DNA of 64,000 nt from Kiritimatiellia bacterium (GTDB lineage: Bacteria; Verrucomicrobiota; Kiritimatiellia; RFP12; UBA1067). The position numbers and the translations under genes are program-made. The DNA is taken from positions 64,622 through 128,621 of the forward strand of contig JAFQYM010000015.1 in NCBI GenBank assembly GCA_017406465.1. Reading direction: 5' to 3'. This document shows, piece after piece, positions 36,905-44,240 of this stretch (position 1 is the first letter of the stretch; each line of letters opens with the position of its first letter). Under the pieces are notes generated by a model, which saw only the letters and a list, made by a program, of their open reading frames with translations, searched no databases and was not told where the DNA came from.

Positions 36905-36913
36905 TTTGATGGG
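36895..36913 (+). promoter_or_regulatory. CCCC-TAATTTRRY-GGGG hairpin motif, copy d
   Basis: ccccccctaatttgatggg. It contains the ATPase stop codon TAA (36902-36904). The T of TAATTT is 36 nt before tataat (36938-36943). Confidence 0.7.
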
Positions 36914-36949
36914 ATATGAAATCAACGTGTCAACTGATATAATAACAAT

Positions 36950-37954
36950 ATGAAAATGAAATTCGCTATGTCTGCCGCGGCGCTCGCTGCCGCGTTTGTT
37001 GCGCCCTCTGCGGGAGGTGCCGCCAAGGCAAAGGACGTTCCGCTTCTGCTCGCTACCGATGCAGGGAAGGTTGTGTCCAATGCGCAGAAGGGGGCGGACG
37101 AGATCGTCCTCTGCGACCAGCTTAAACAGACAATTGACATCTACAGCGCAGAAGGTTTGAACGTCTGGCGCTGGTGCGCGAAGGACGATCCTGGCATTGC
37201 CGGCGGGGACAAGGGCGGTTTCATGAACAATGTCGCGGAATCGAAGCCGTTCGCGGGCGGGTCGAAGATCGGCATGGTGTCGTGCGGCGGACGCTGGGCG
37301 GTGATCGACCGGGCTGCACACAAGGTCACCGCGTGGGGCAGGTGCAACGGCTGGGCGCACTCCATCGAGATGGTCGGGCCGGACGTCGTGGCCGTCGTCT
37401 CGACCGGCGGTACAGGCGGCAATTCGCTGTTTCTTTTCGACATCCGTGGCGACATGGCGATGAATCCGTACAGGCAGAAGAAGTCCACTCTCCAGTTCGA
37501 CTCTCCGCACGGACTCCACTACGACGGCAAAAACCTCTGGCTCGTCGACACTCTCGGACTCCACCGCTGCTCGATCTCGCGCGATGCGGAAGGCGTCCCT
37601 GTCGCGAAAGTCGAGAAGACGTGGCCGTTCTCGGAACTCGGTGTCACACACGGACATGACCTTCGCCCAGTGCCGTGCACAAACCTGCTCGCCATGACGA
37701 CGCACGAGAAGGTGCTGTTCTTCGACATGAAGACGGAGAGCTGGCGGGAGGATATGTTCATTGAAAGGCAGGACGTCAAGGCGTTCGACCCGGCGCCTGA
37801 CGGGAAGTCGTTCCTTGTGACGACGGCGAAGACGAAGTGGTGGACCGATTCGCTTGAAATCTGCACTTTCGGGGGCAAGGGCGTAAAGACGACGTTCGCG
37901 CCGTCTCTCGTCATCCTCGGAGCGAAGATATATAAAGCCCGTTGGGTGAAGTGA
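36950..37954 (+). CDS. secreted hypothetical protein (beta-propeller-like)
   Basis: Signal peptide MKMKFAMSAAALAAAFVAPSAGGAAKA. Ends KIYKARWVK. No catalytic motif recognised. Confidence 0.45.
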   Translation: MKMKFAMSAAALAAAFVAPSAGGAAKAKDVPLLLATDAGKVVSNAQKGADEIVLCDQLKQTIDIYSAEGLNVWRWCAKDDPGIAGGDKGGFMNNVAESKPFAGGSKIGMVSCGGRWAVIDRAAHKVTAWGRCNGWAHSIEMVGPDVVAVVSTGGTGGNSLFLFDIRGDMAMNPYRQKKSTLQFDSPHGLHYDGKNLWLVDTLGLHRCSISRDAEGVPVAKVEKTWPFSELGVTHGHDLRPVPCTNLLAMTTHEKVLFFDMKTESWREDMFIERQDVKAFDPAPDGKSFLVTTAKTKWWTDSLEICTFGGKGVKTTFAPSLVILGAKIYKARWVK

Positions 37955-37982
37955 TGCCGCCATTATTCGCTCAGTTTCGACA

Positions 37983-38000
37983 CCCCGCAATTTGACGGGG
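37983..38000 (+). repeat. CCCC-TAATTTRRY-GGGG hairpin motif, degenerate copy e
   Basis: ccccgcaatttgacgggg, 28 nt after the upstream stop. Not at the fixed distance from a -10 box. Confidence 0.55.
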
Positions 38001-38035
38001 TTTGCCCATCAGGATTCTTTTCGGCAGACTGCGTG

Positions 38036-38065
38036 TTGACGGAGTCATCTTGAATGCGCTATAAT
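38036..38065 (+). promoter_or_regulatory. sigma70-type promoter
   Basis: TTGACG (38036-38041), an 18-nt spacer, then TATAAT (38060-38065). Followed by a 50-nt 5' UTR containing agcaacc ... ggttgct and a cgtggtt direct repeat. Confidence 0.6.
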
Positions 38066-38115
38066 ATAGCAACCGTGGTTACAGTAATCGTGGTTGCTAA
38101 ATAAGGGTTTGAACA

Positions 38116-39435
38116 ATGAGGTTTTTCGACAGGGCATCCGAACTCGCCGATTTAAGGGAGATTCGCAAGCGCAGCGAAGACGTTGCGCAGTTCACCGTTG
38201 TGACTGGTCGCAGGCGGGTAGGCAAGACGTCGCTGGTGATGAAGTCGATGGAGGGCGAGACGTACGTCTATCTCTTCGTTGAGAGAAAAAGCGAGAAGGA
38301 CCTTTGCGAGACGTTCGCGAGGGAGATCAACGAGAAACTTGGCGACGTGATGCTGGGCGTGCCGGAGAGATTCGAGGACATATTCGGCGCGCTTATGAAG
38401 CTTGCCGCCACTCGCCATCTGAATGTCGTGATCGACGAGTTCCAGGAATTCCGCAAGATAAGTGTCGGCATTTTCTCGTCGATCCAGAAGCTATGGGACC
38501 TTCACAAGGGGAAGGCGCGCATGAACCTGATCGTGACGGGCAGCGTGAATACGCTTATGGTCAGACTTTTCCGAAACCGTCGCGCGGCGCTGTATGGAAG
38601 GGAGACGGCCTTCATGGTTGTAGAGCCGTTTGCCACCGATGTATTGAAAGAGATAATGGAGGCCTACCATCCTGGCTACAGGCCGGAGGACTTGCTGGCT
38701 CTGTGGACGTTTACCGGCGGCGTCGCCAAGTACGTTGAGCTGCTGGTCGACTCCAAAAGCTGGACGCGCGAGTCCATGATAAAAGAGATCGTCCGGGCGA
38801 ACTCGCTTTTTCTCGACGAGGGGCGTGCGGTTCTTGTCGAGGAGTTTGACAAGGAATACGGCGTCTACTTCTCGATTCTATGTGCCATCGCACGCGGCAA
38901 GACGTCGAGAAACGAGATAGAGCAGACGGTCGGCCGCCAGGTAGGTGGATATCTCGCGCGCCTCGAGAACGACTATGCCCTTATCCGCAGGCATCAGCCG
39001 ATTTTCGCCCGGGCCGCCGCGAAGACGACAAGGTACGAGCTCAACGACCGGTTTCTCGTTTTCTGGTTTCGTTTCATGTACCGCTACAGCTACATACTCG
39101 AACTCAAGGGCTATGAGCAGCTGCGCGAAATAATAAGGAGGGACTATCCCGTCTTCAGTGGCCATGCGCTGGAAGAGTACTTCAGGCGCAAGTTCGCAGA
39201 GTCGGGGCAATGGACGCGCATCGGCTCGTGGTGGGATCGAAAGGGCGAGAACGAGCTGGACATGGTTGCCGAGAACGAGCTGACTGGAGAATACGCAATT
39301 TGCGAAGTAAAGAGACAGGGTGGGAAAATTGACCTCGGTTGCGTTGCAGACAAGTTTGCGGTTTTCCAACGGGCGACAGGCAAATGGCATAGGGTCAAAC
39401 CCAAGTTCCTTGCGTTGTCCCTTGCCGATATGTAA
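38116..39435 (+). CDS. AAA ATPase (archaeal-ATPase type) with C-terminal DUF234 / PD-(D/E)xK-like domain
   Basis: FFDRASELADL ... VVTGRRRVGKTSLV and VVIDEFQE. NDRFLVFWFRFMYRY is typical of DUF234 proteins. C-terminus ALEEYF ... ELDMVA ... ICEVKRQ. Confidence 0.8.
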   Translation: MRFFDRASELADLREIRKRSEDVAQFTVVTGRRRVGKTSLVMKSMEGETYVYLFVERKSEKDLCETFAREINEKLGDVMLGVPERFEDIFGALMKLAATRHLNVVIDEFQEFRKISVGIFSSIQKLWDLHKGKARMNLIVTGSVNTLMVRLFRNRRAALYGRETAFMVVEPFATDVLKEIMEAYHPGYRPEDLLALWTFTGGVAKYVELLVDSKSWTRESMIKEIVRANSLFLDEGRAVLVEEFDKEYGVYFSILCAIARGKTSRNEIEQTVGRQVGGYLARLENDYALIRRHQPIFARAAAKTTRYELNDRFLVFWFRFMYRYSYILELKGYEQLREIIRRDYPVFSGHALEEYFRRKFAESGQWTRIGSWWDRKGENELDMVAENELTGEYAICEVKRQGGKIDLGCVADKFAVFQRATGKWHRVKPKFLALSLADM

Positions 39436-39449
39436 AACGATTGGAGTAT

Positions 39450-39466
39450 CCCCTAATTTGACGGCG
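39450..39466 (+). repeat. CCCC-TAATTTRRY-GGGG hairpin motif, degenerate copy f
   Basis: cccctaatttgacggcg, 14 nt after the upstream stop. Confidence 0.55.
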
Positions 39467-39612
39467 TGGCATAGGGCTACTAAACGGCAAAATGTCGATT
39501 AGCGGCCCAAAACGCCGGCGGGATGTGGTATACTATCCACATGGAAAGGTTGTTCAACATCGCTGGGCCGTGCAGTCCGGCCAATCGATAGATATACGGA
39601 ATCTTAGGCGTT

Positions 39613-40251
39613 ATGCGGCTTTACCATGGGTCTAAATCGGGTTTGTCGGGAGCGATCGCCCCCGTGAGCCGCGATGTTTGCGATTTCGGGCGGGGCTTCT
39701 ACATGGGCACGGAAACCACACAGCCGATGACGCTCATTTGCCATGGTAAATCTCCGAAGTTCTATGATGTCGACTTCAACCTTGATGGATTGCGCGTCTA
39801 CCGATTTGGGCCAGATGTTGACTGGGCGATGTTTGTTGCATGGAACAGGCGGGTGATCCCAGATCGCTTCAGACCTTATTACGACGACAAGTTCCTGCCG
39901 ATAGTGCAGTCAAGTGACGTGATTGCCGGCAAGATTGCTAATGACCGCATGGTTGTGGTGTTGGATTGGTTTTTCAATGGCTTTGTATCTGATGTCGGCC
40001 TAATTATGTCGCTTCAGGCGCTTGGACTTGGCGACCAGTATTGCGCACGGACGGCAAAGGCGTGCGAACATGTGAAGATTGCAAGCGAGCGCGCACTCTC
40101 GCCCGATGAATGTGCGGCGTTGCGCATGCGCTCGGAAAGCCAGCGAACCGCAGCGGTGAAGATGGTTGACCGCATACGGCTTGAACATCGCCGTGACGGC
40201 ATGTTCTTCTCGGAGATAATCGAGAAGGCCACGGGGAGGACATGGCTGTGA
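39613..40251 (+). CDS. DUF3990-like protein with PARP/ADP-ribosyltransferase-like motifs (second copy)
   Basis: MRLYHGSKSGLSGAIAPVSRDVCDFGRGFYMGTE ... DVIAGKIANDRM. Same motif order as ORF 32627-33304. Confidence 0.6.
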   Translation: MRLYHGSKSGLSGAIAPVSRDVCDFGRGFYMGTETTQPMTLICHGKSPKFYDVDFNLDGLRVYRFGPDVDWAMFVAWNRRVIPDRFRPYYDDKFLPIVQSSDVIAGKIANDRMVVVLDWFFNGFVSDVGLIMSLQALGLGDQYCARTAKACEHVKIASERALSPDECAALRMRSESQRTAAVKMVDRIRLEHRRDGMFFSEIIEKATGRTWL

Positions 40252-40655
40252 CGCTCGATGTCTTTCAGATGCAGCAATGCGAAAACCAAGGACGTCTATT
40301 CGAGAGCCTTGACAGGCGGGATATCGATGCCAAGGCGTTCATCAAGGCGTTCATGAATTCGCGGGCGGCGGCCGGGCTTGATTCGACGTTCGACCATTTC
40401 CAGTGGGCTGGCAACGAATACATCTACGAAGATGTCGTGGAGGAATTCGGTCTAAAGCCGATGCCGAACCCGCCGCGCTACAATACTGAAGCGCTTTACT
40501 ACGCCGGCTATATTACGCGTTATTGGCACTACCTTACAGGAGAGACCTCGAAGCAAATCTATGCCCAATGCGACGAAACTCGGCTTTTGCAGTGCTACGG
40601 CTTCCATTCCGAGTCAAATGAGATGGCCATCGCGGACATCAGGGCCGGTAGATAG
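40242..40655 (+). CDS. DUF3791-like protein (second copy, no HTH)
   Basis: Overlaps the upstream gene by 10 nt. The shared pattern W.G..Y ... Y..W ... G.S ... Y..HE aligns with the N-terminal domain of ORF 33285-33932. Confidence 0.55.
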   Translation: MAVTLDVFQMQQCENQGRLFESLDRRDIDAKAFIKAFMNSRAAAGLDSTFDHFQWAGNEYIYEDVVEEFGLKPMPNPPRYNTEALYYAGYITRYWHYLTGETSKQIYAQCDETRLLQCYGFHSESNEMAIADIRAGR

Positions 40656-40674
40656 CCCCTCCTAATTTGAGGGG
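40656..40674 (+). promoter_or_regulatory. CCCC-TAATTTRRY-GGGG hairpin motif, copy g
   Basis: cccctcctaatttgagggg, 1 nt after the upstream stop and 32 nt before gagaat (40695-40700). Confidence 0.55.
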
Positions 40675-40705
40675 TTGTCAAGCAAACGAAGTAAGGAGAA
40701 TGGGA

Positions 40706-41776
40706 ATGACACGCAAGGACTTCATTGGCGGGGTGGCAGCTTTTGCCGCGGCGGGTGCATTCGGCGCGAAGGGCGCGACGGATTCGCCGCAGCTCGCCGC
40801 GACGAAGAAGTGGTTCAAGGAGGCGCAGTTCGGAATGATGGCGCACTGGGGGCTTTACACGCTTCCCGGCGGCGAGTGGAACGGAAAGCCAGGCCGCCGC
40901 GCCTACGCGGAGTGGCTGCAGTGGGGCGAACGGATACCGTTGAAGGAGTATGCCGCGCTCGCCAAGGCGTTCAATCCCGTCCTCTTCGACCCGAAAGACT
41001 GGATGAAACGCGCTCGCGACGCCGGCATGAAGTATTTTGTCATCACCTCGAAGCACCACGACGGTTTCGCAATGTTTCGCTCGAAGGCGTCGAAGTACAA
41101 TGTCGTCGACGCGACGCCGTTTGGGCGCGATCCGCTCGAGGAGATCGCAGAGGCGTGTCGCGACACCGGCATCCGGCTCGGGCTCTACTACTCGCAGGAC
41201 CTCGACTGGAGCGACCCGGACGGCGGCGGCAAGAAGAACGAGGCGGGGCTCAAGAACTGGGGCAACGAGGACTGGCGCAACACGTGGGATTGGCCGGCGG
41301 ACCGCGACTATGACTTCTCGCGCTACTTCGAGCGCAAGTGCAAGCCGCAGGTAAAGGAGATATTGACGCAGTACGGCGACTTGTGCCTCATCTGGTTCGA
41401 CGTGCCGTCGACGATCCTTCCCGCGCAGTGCCAGGAGCTCAAGGACATGGTACGCGCCTACCAGCCAGGATGCCTCATCAACGGCCGGCTTGGCTACGGG
41501 CTCGGCGACTACTCTACGCCCGGCGACAACTGCATCGCGGAGAAGACCGAGGAGGGTGCGCTCTACGAGACGGTCGGCACGATGAACGACTCGTGGGGTT
41601 ACCGCCCGACCGACACGCACTATAAGAGCGTAGACGAAATCCTGGCGATAAAGGCGAAGTGCGCGTCGATCGGCTCCAACTACATGCTGAATGTCGGGCC
41701 CGATCCGCTCGGGCGAATTCCCGTCGCCGGCATCGAGATACTCAACGGCCTTGCCGCTGCCGCAAGGCGTTCGTAG
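40706..41776 (+). CDS. alpha-L-fucosidase (GH29)
   Basis: AQFGMMAHWGLYTLPGGEW and KYFVITSKHHDGFAMFRS are typical GH29 motifs. TRKDFIGG is a Tat-like (R-K) signal. Start is 40700 or 40706. Confidence 0.85.
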   Translation: MTRKDFIGGVAAFAAAGAFGAKGATDSPQLAATKKWFKEAQFGMMAHWGLYTLPGGEWNGKPGRRAYAEWLQWGERIPLKEYAALAKAFNPVLFDPKDWMKRARDAGMKYFVITSKHHDGFAMFRSKASKYNVVDATPFGRDPLEEIAEACRDTGIRLGLYYSQDLDWSDPDGGGKKNEAGLKNWGNEDWRNTWDWPADRDYDFSRYFERKCKPQVKEILTQYGDLCLIWFDVPSTILPAQCQELKDMVRAYQPGCLINGRLGYGLGDYSTPGDNCIAEKTEEGALYETVGTMNDSWGYRPTDTHYKSVDEILAIKAKCASIGSNYMLNVGPDPLGRIPVAGIEILNGLAAAARRS

Positions 41777-41828
41777 GCCATGTGGGGTTTTGTGCGCGGG
41801 CGCCGCCGATTTGGTATAATATACCCCC

Positions 41829-42842
41829 ATGAAACAGTATTCAGTAGGTTTAGTGGGCGTCGGTGCCGTCGGCACCGAGATGATCAAGGTCCTCAAGGAG
41901 CGGAACTTCCCGCTCAAGGGGGCGGTGCAGGTGTTTGCGTCGCGCGAACGCGACGAACAGATACTCGGTGAGACATATCATGTCAAGAAGGCCGACGAAA
42001 ATTCGTTCAACGGTCTCGACATTGTCCTCTTCGCTGGCAAGACGGACGTTGCTATTCAGCTCAAGGACGCCGTCGTCAGGGCCGGTGCGAAGATGATCGA
42101 CAACTCCCGCGCGTTCCGCCAGGACCCGGAAGTCCCGCTCGTCGTCCCCCAGGTCAACGCCGAGGACCTCGACTGGAACAAGGGCGTCATCGCCAACCCC
42201 AACTGCACGACCGCGATCATGCTCGAGGCCGTCGCGCCGCTCCACAAGGCGAAGGGGCTGAAGCGCGTCGTCGCGGCGACCTACCAGGCGGCGTCTGGCG
42301 CAGGCCAGCCGGGGCTCAACGAGCTCGAGGACCAGATCCGCGCATATGCGAAGGGCGAGCCGCTCGAGGTCAAGGCGTTCCAGCACCAGCTGATGTACAA
42401 CCTCATTCCCCACATCGACAAGTTCAACGAGGAGAACTGGTACACGCTCGAGGAGCTCAAGATGCTCAACGAGTCGCGCAAGATGCTTCACCATCCTACG
42501 CTGAAGCTTTCGTGCACCTGCGTGCGCGTACCGATTGCGCGCGCCCACTCCGAGTCGCTGAACCTCGAGTTCGAGAACGACATCACGCCCGCCGAGGCGC
42601 GCGAGATCCTCTCGAAGTGCGAAGGCGTCAGGGTCGTTGACGACCCGCTCAACGGCGGCTATCCGATGCCGCTCGACGCGACGGCGAAGTACGACGTGCT
42701 CGCGGGGCGCATCCGCCAGGACATTTCGCGCGACGACAAGAAGGGGCTCGAGATGTTCGTCTCGGGCGACCAGCTTCTTCGCGGTGCGGCGCTCAATGCC
42801 GTCGAGATCGCGGAACATCTCGTCAAACGCGGGCTAGTCTGA
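41829..42842 (+). CDS. asd: aspartate-semialdehyde dehydrogenase
   Basis: GLVGVGAVG NAD-binding site, NPNCTT active-site Cys, YQAASGAG. Confidence 0.9.
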   Translation: MKQYSVGLVGVGAVGTEMIKVLKERNFPLKGAVQVFASRERDEQILGETYHVKKADENSFNGLDIVLFAGKTDVAIQLKDAVVRAGAKMIDNSRAFRQDPEVPLVVPQVNAEDLDWNKGVIANPNCTTAIMLEAVAPLHKAKGLKRVVAATYQAASGAGQPGLNELEDQIRAYAKGEPLEVKAFQHQLMYNLIPHIDKFNEENWYTLEELKMLNESRKMLHHPTLKLSCTCVRVPIARAHSESLNLEFENDITPAEAREILSKCEGVRVVDDPLNGGYPMPLDATAKYDVLAGRIRQDISRDDKKGLEMFVSGDQLLRGAALNAVEIAEHLVKRGLV

Positions 42843-42846
42843 TCGC

Positions 42847-44088
42847 ATGGGCCGCTGGTACAAGTGGGCCGTCGTCGCGCTGCTGGGTGGTGCGTACTTC
42901 TTCCACCAGGCCGACCGCGCGATCTTCGGCGTACTTGTGCCGTACATCCAGTCCGATCTCTCGCTCACCGAGCGCCAGCTTGGGCACGTCAACACGGTCC
43001 TGTTCCTCACGATTGCCGTCGTCACGTTCATCGCGGGCTTTCTCGGCGACCGCTTCGACCGCAAGCGCATAATCACCTGTTCGCTCATCTTCTGGTCGCT
43101 TAGTACGATGGGGCTCGGCTTCGCCTCGTCGTTTCTCGCAGTCGTGATGCTGCGCTCCGTCGCGACAGGCGGCGGCGAGAGCTTCTACGGGCCGAGCGCA
43201 ATGTCGCTTCTCGCCTCGCACCACCGCGAGACGCGTTCGCTCGCGTTTTCGATACACCAGGCGGCGCTATACCTCGGGCTTATGCTGAGCGGTGTCCTGG
43301 CGCTTCGTGTCCTCGATTTGCTCGGGACGTGGCGCCGCGTCTTCGTCGCATTTGGCGCGGCAGGGCTCTTGCTTGGCGTCGTGTTCGTGTTCTTCCTGCA
43401 CGACGGCATGCGGAACGCCCGGCCTGACGACGCGCAAGAGAAGGAGGGCGCACGGCTTTCCGAGTCGTTCAAGGCGTTCTTCTGCTGTCCGTCGGCGCTC
43501 TGCGCGACCGCTGGCTTTATCGCCATTTGCTGCGTCAACAACACCTACATAACGTGGGCGCCAAAGATGTTCCACGAGAGGTTCGGGATGGACGGTGCAA
43601 CAGCCGGGGCGCATGCGATGTTCTACCACCACCTCGTCGCGTTCGCGGCGATTCTCGCTGGCGGCTGGGTGACGGACCGCTTTGTGTCGCGCTTCCCGCG
43701 CTTCCGGCTTGGCTTTCAGATATGCGCTCTGCTCCTTGGCGCGCCGGCGATTTTGCTTATCGGGCGGTGCGGCACATTTGCCGCGGCGATGGCGATGACG
43801 GCCGCGTACGGGCTTTTCCGCGGACTTTTCGAGGTGAATACCCATGCGTCTGTCTTCGACGTGGTGCCAGCCCGCCACCGCGCGTCAGTCGTCGGGTTCA
43901 TGCTGCTTCTCGCGATGGGGATCGGCGCTTTCTTCTCCGGCGAGCTGATGGGCTGGGTGTTCGAGACTTTCGGGGAGCGTTCCTATTCCCTCGCGTTCGC
44001 CCTCATGGCCGGGACATACGCGCTTGCCGCGCTTTTGATGTCTATCTCGTTCTTCTTCACCTTCGCCCGCGACCGCATCGCGGAATAA
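42847..44088 (+). CDS. MFS transporter
   Basis: 413 aa and about 12 TM segments. GFLGDRFDRKR is an MFS loop 2-3 signature. Confidence 0.8.
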   Translation: MGRWYKWAVVALLGGAYFFHQADRAIFGVLVPYIQSDLSLTERQLGHVNTVLFLTIAVVTFIAGFLGDRFDRKRIITCSLIFWSLSTMGLGFASSFLAVVMLRSVATGGGESFYGPSAMSLLASHHRETRSLAFSIHQAALYLGLMLSGVLALRVLDLLGTWRRVFVAFGAAGLLLGVVFVFFLHDGMRNARPDDAQEKEGARLSESFKAFFCCPSALCATAGFIAICCVNNTYITWAPKMFHERFGMDGATAGAHAMFYHHLVAFAAILAGGWVTDRFVSRFPRFRLGFQICALLLGAPAILLIGRCGTFAAAMAMTAAYGLFRGLFEVNTHASVFDVVPARHRASVVGFMLLLAMGIGAFFSGELMGWVFETFGERSYSLAFALMAGTYALAALLMSISFFFTFARDRIAE

Positions 44089-44147
44089 ACATTCTGCCTG
44101 GGTTATCGCCCCGTTCGGCGTGATTATGGTATAATACTCCAAAATTA

Positions 44148-44224
44148 GGTCCTGTAGCTCATCTGGACAGAGCAGCTGCCTTCTAAGCAGCGGGTAGTGG
44201 GTTCGAGTCCCGCCAGGACCGCCA
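44148..44224 (+). tRNA. tRNA-Arg (anticodon UCU), CCA encoded
   Basis: Manual cloverleaf: acceptor ggtcctg/caggacc, D arm gctc...gagc, anticodon stem gctgc/gcagc with loop cTTCTaa, T arm gtggg-ttcgagt-cccgc, discriminator g plus cca. tggtataat promoter ends 12 nt upstream. Confidence 0.9.
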
Positions 44225-44240
44225 TTGAAAGAGAAGAAAA

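Noticed and set aside
27259-40674. Integron-like cassette array with the CCCC-TAATTTGAY-GGGG hairpins as attC sites.
   Set aside because: No intI integrase or attI in the window. The hairpins are only about 19 nt (attC sites are usually 57-141 nt) and lack the RYYYAAC / GTTRRRY cores. The fixed spacing to -10 boxes fits a promoter-associated role better.
40692-40706. Whether taaggagaat upstream of the fucosidase gene is an SD (aaggag, 8 nt before ATG 40706) or a -10 (gagaat, 5 nt before it) linked to hairpin copy g.
   Set aside because: This cannot be decided from sequence alone. The spacing to the motif is 32 nt rather than 36 nt, so it was not counted among the fixed-spacing or leaderless cases.
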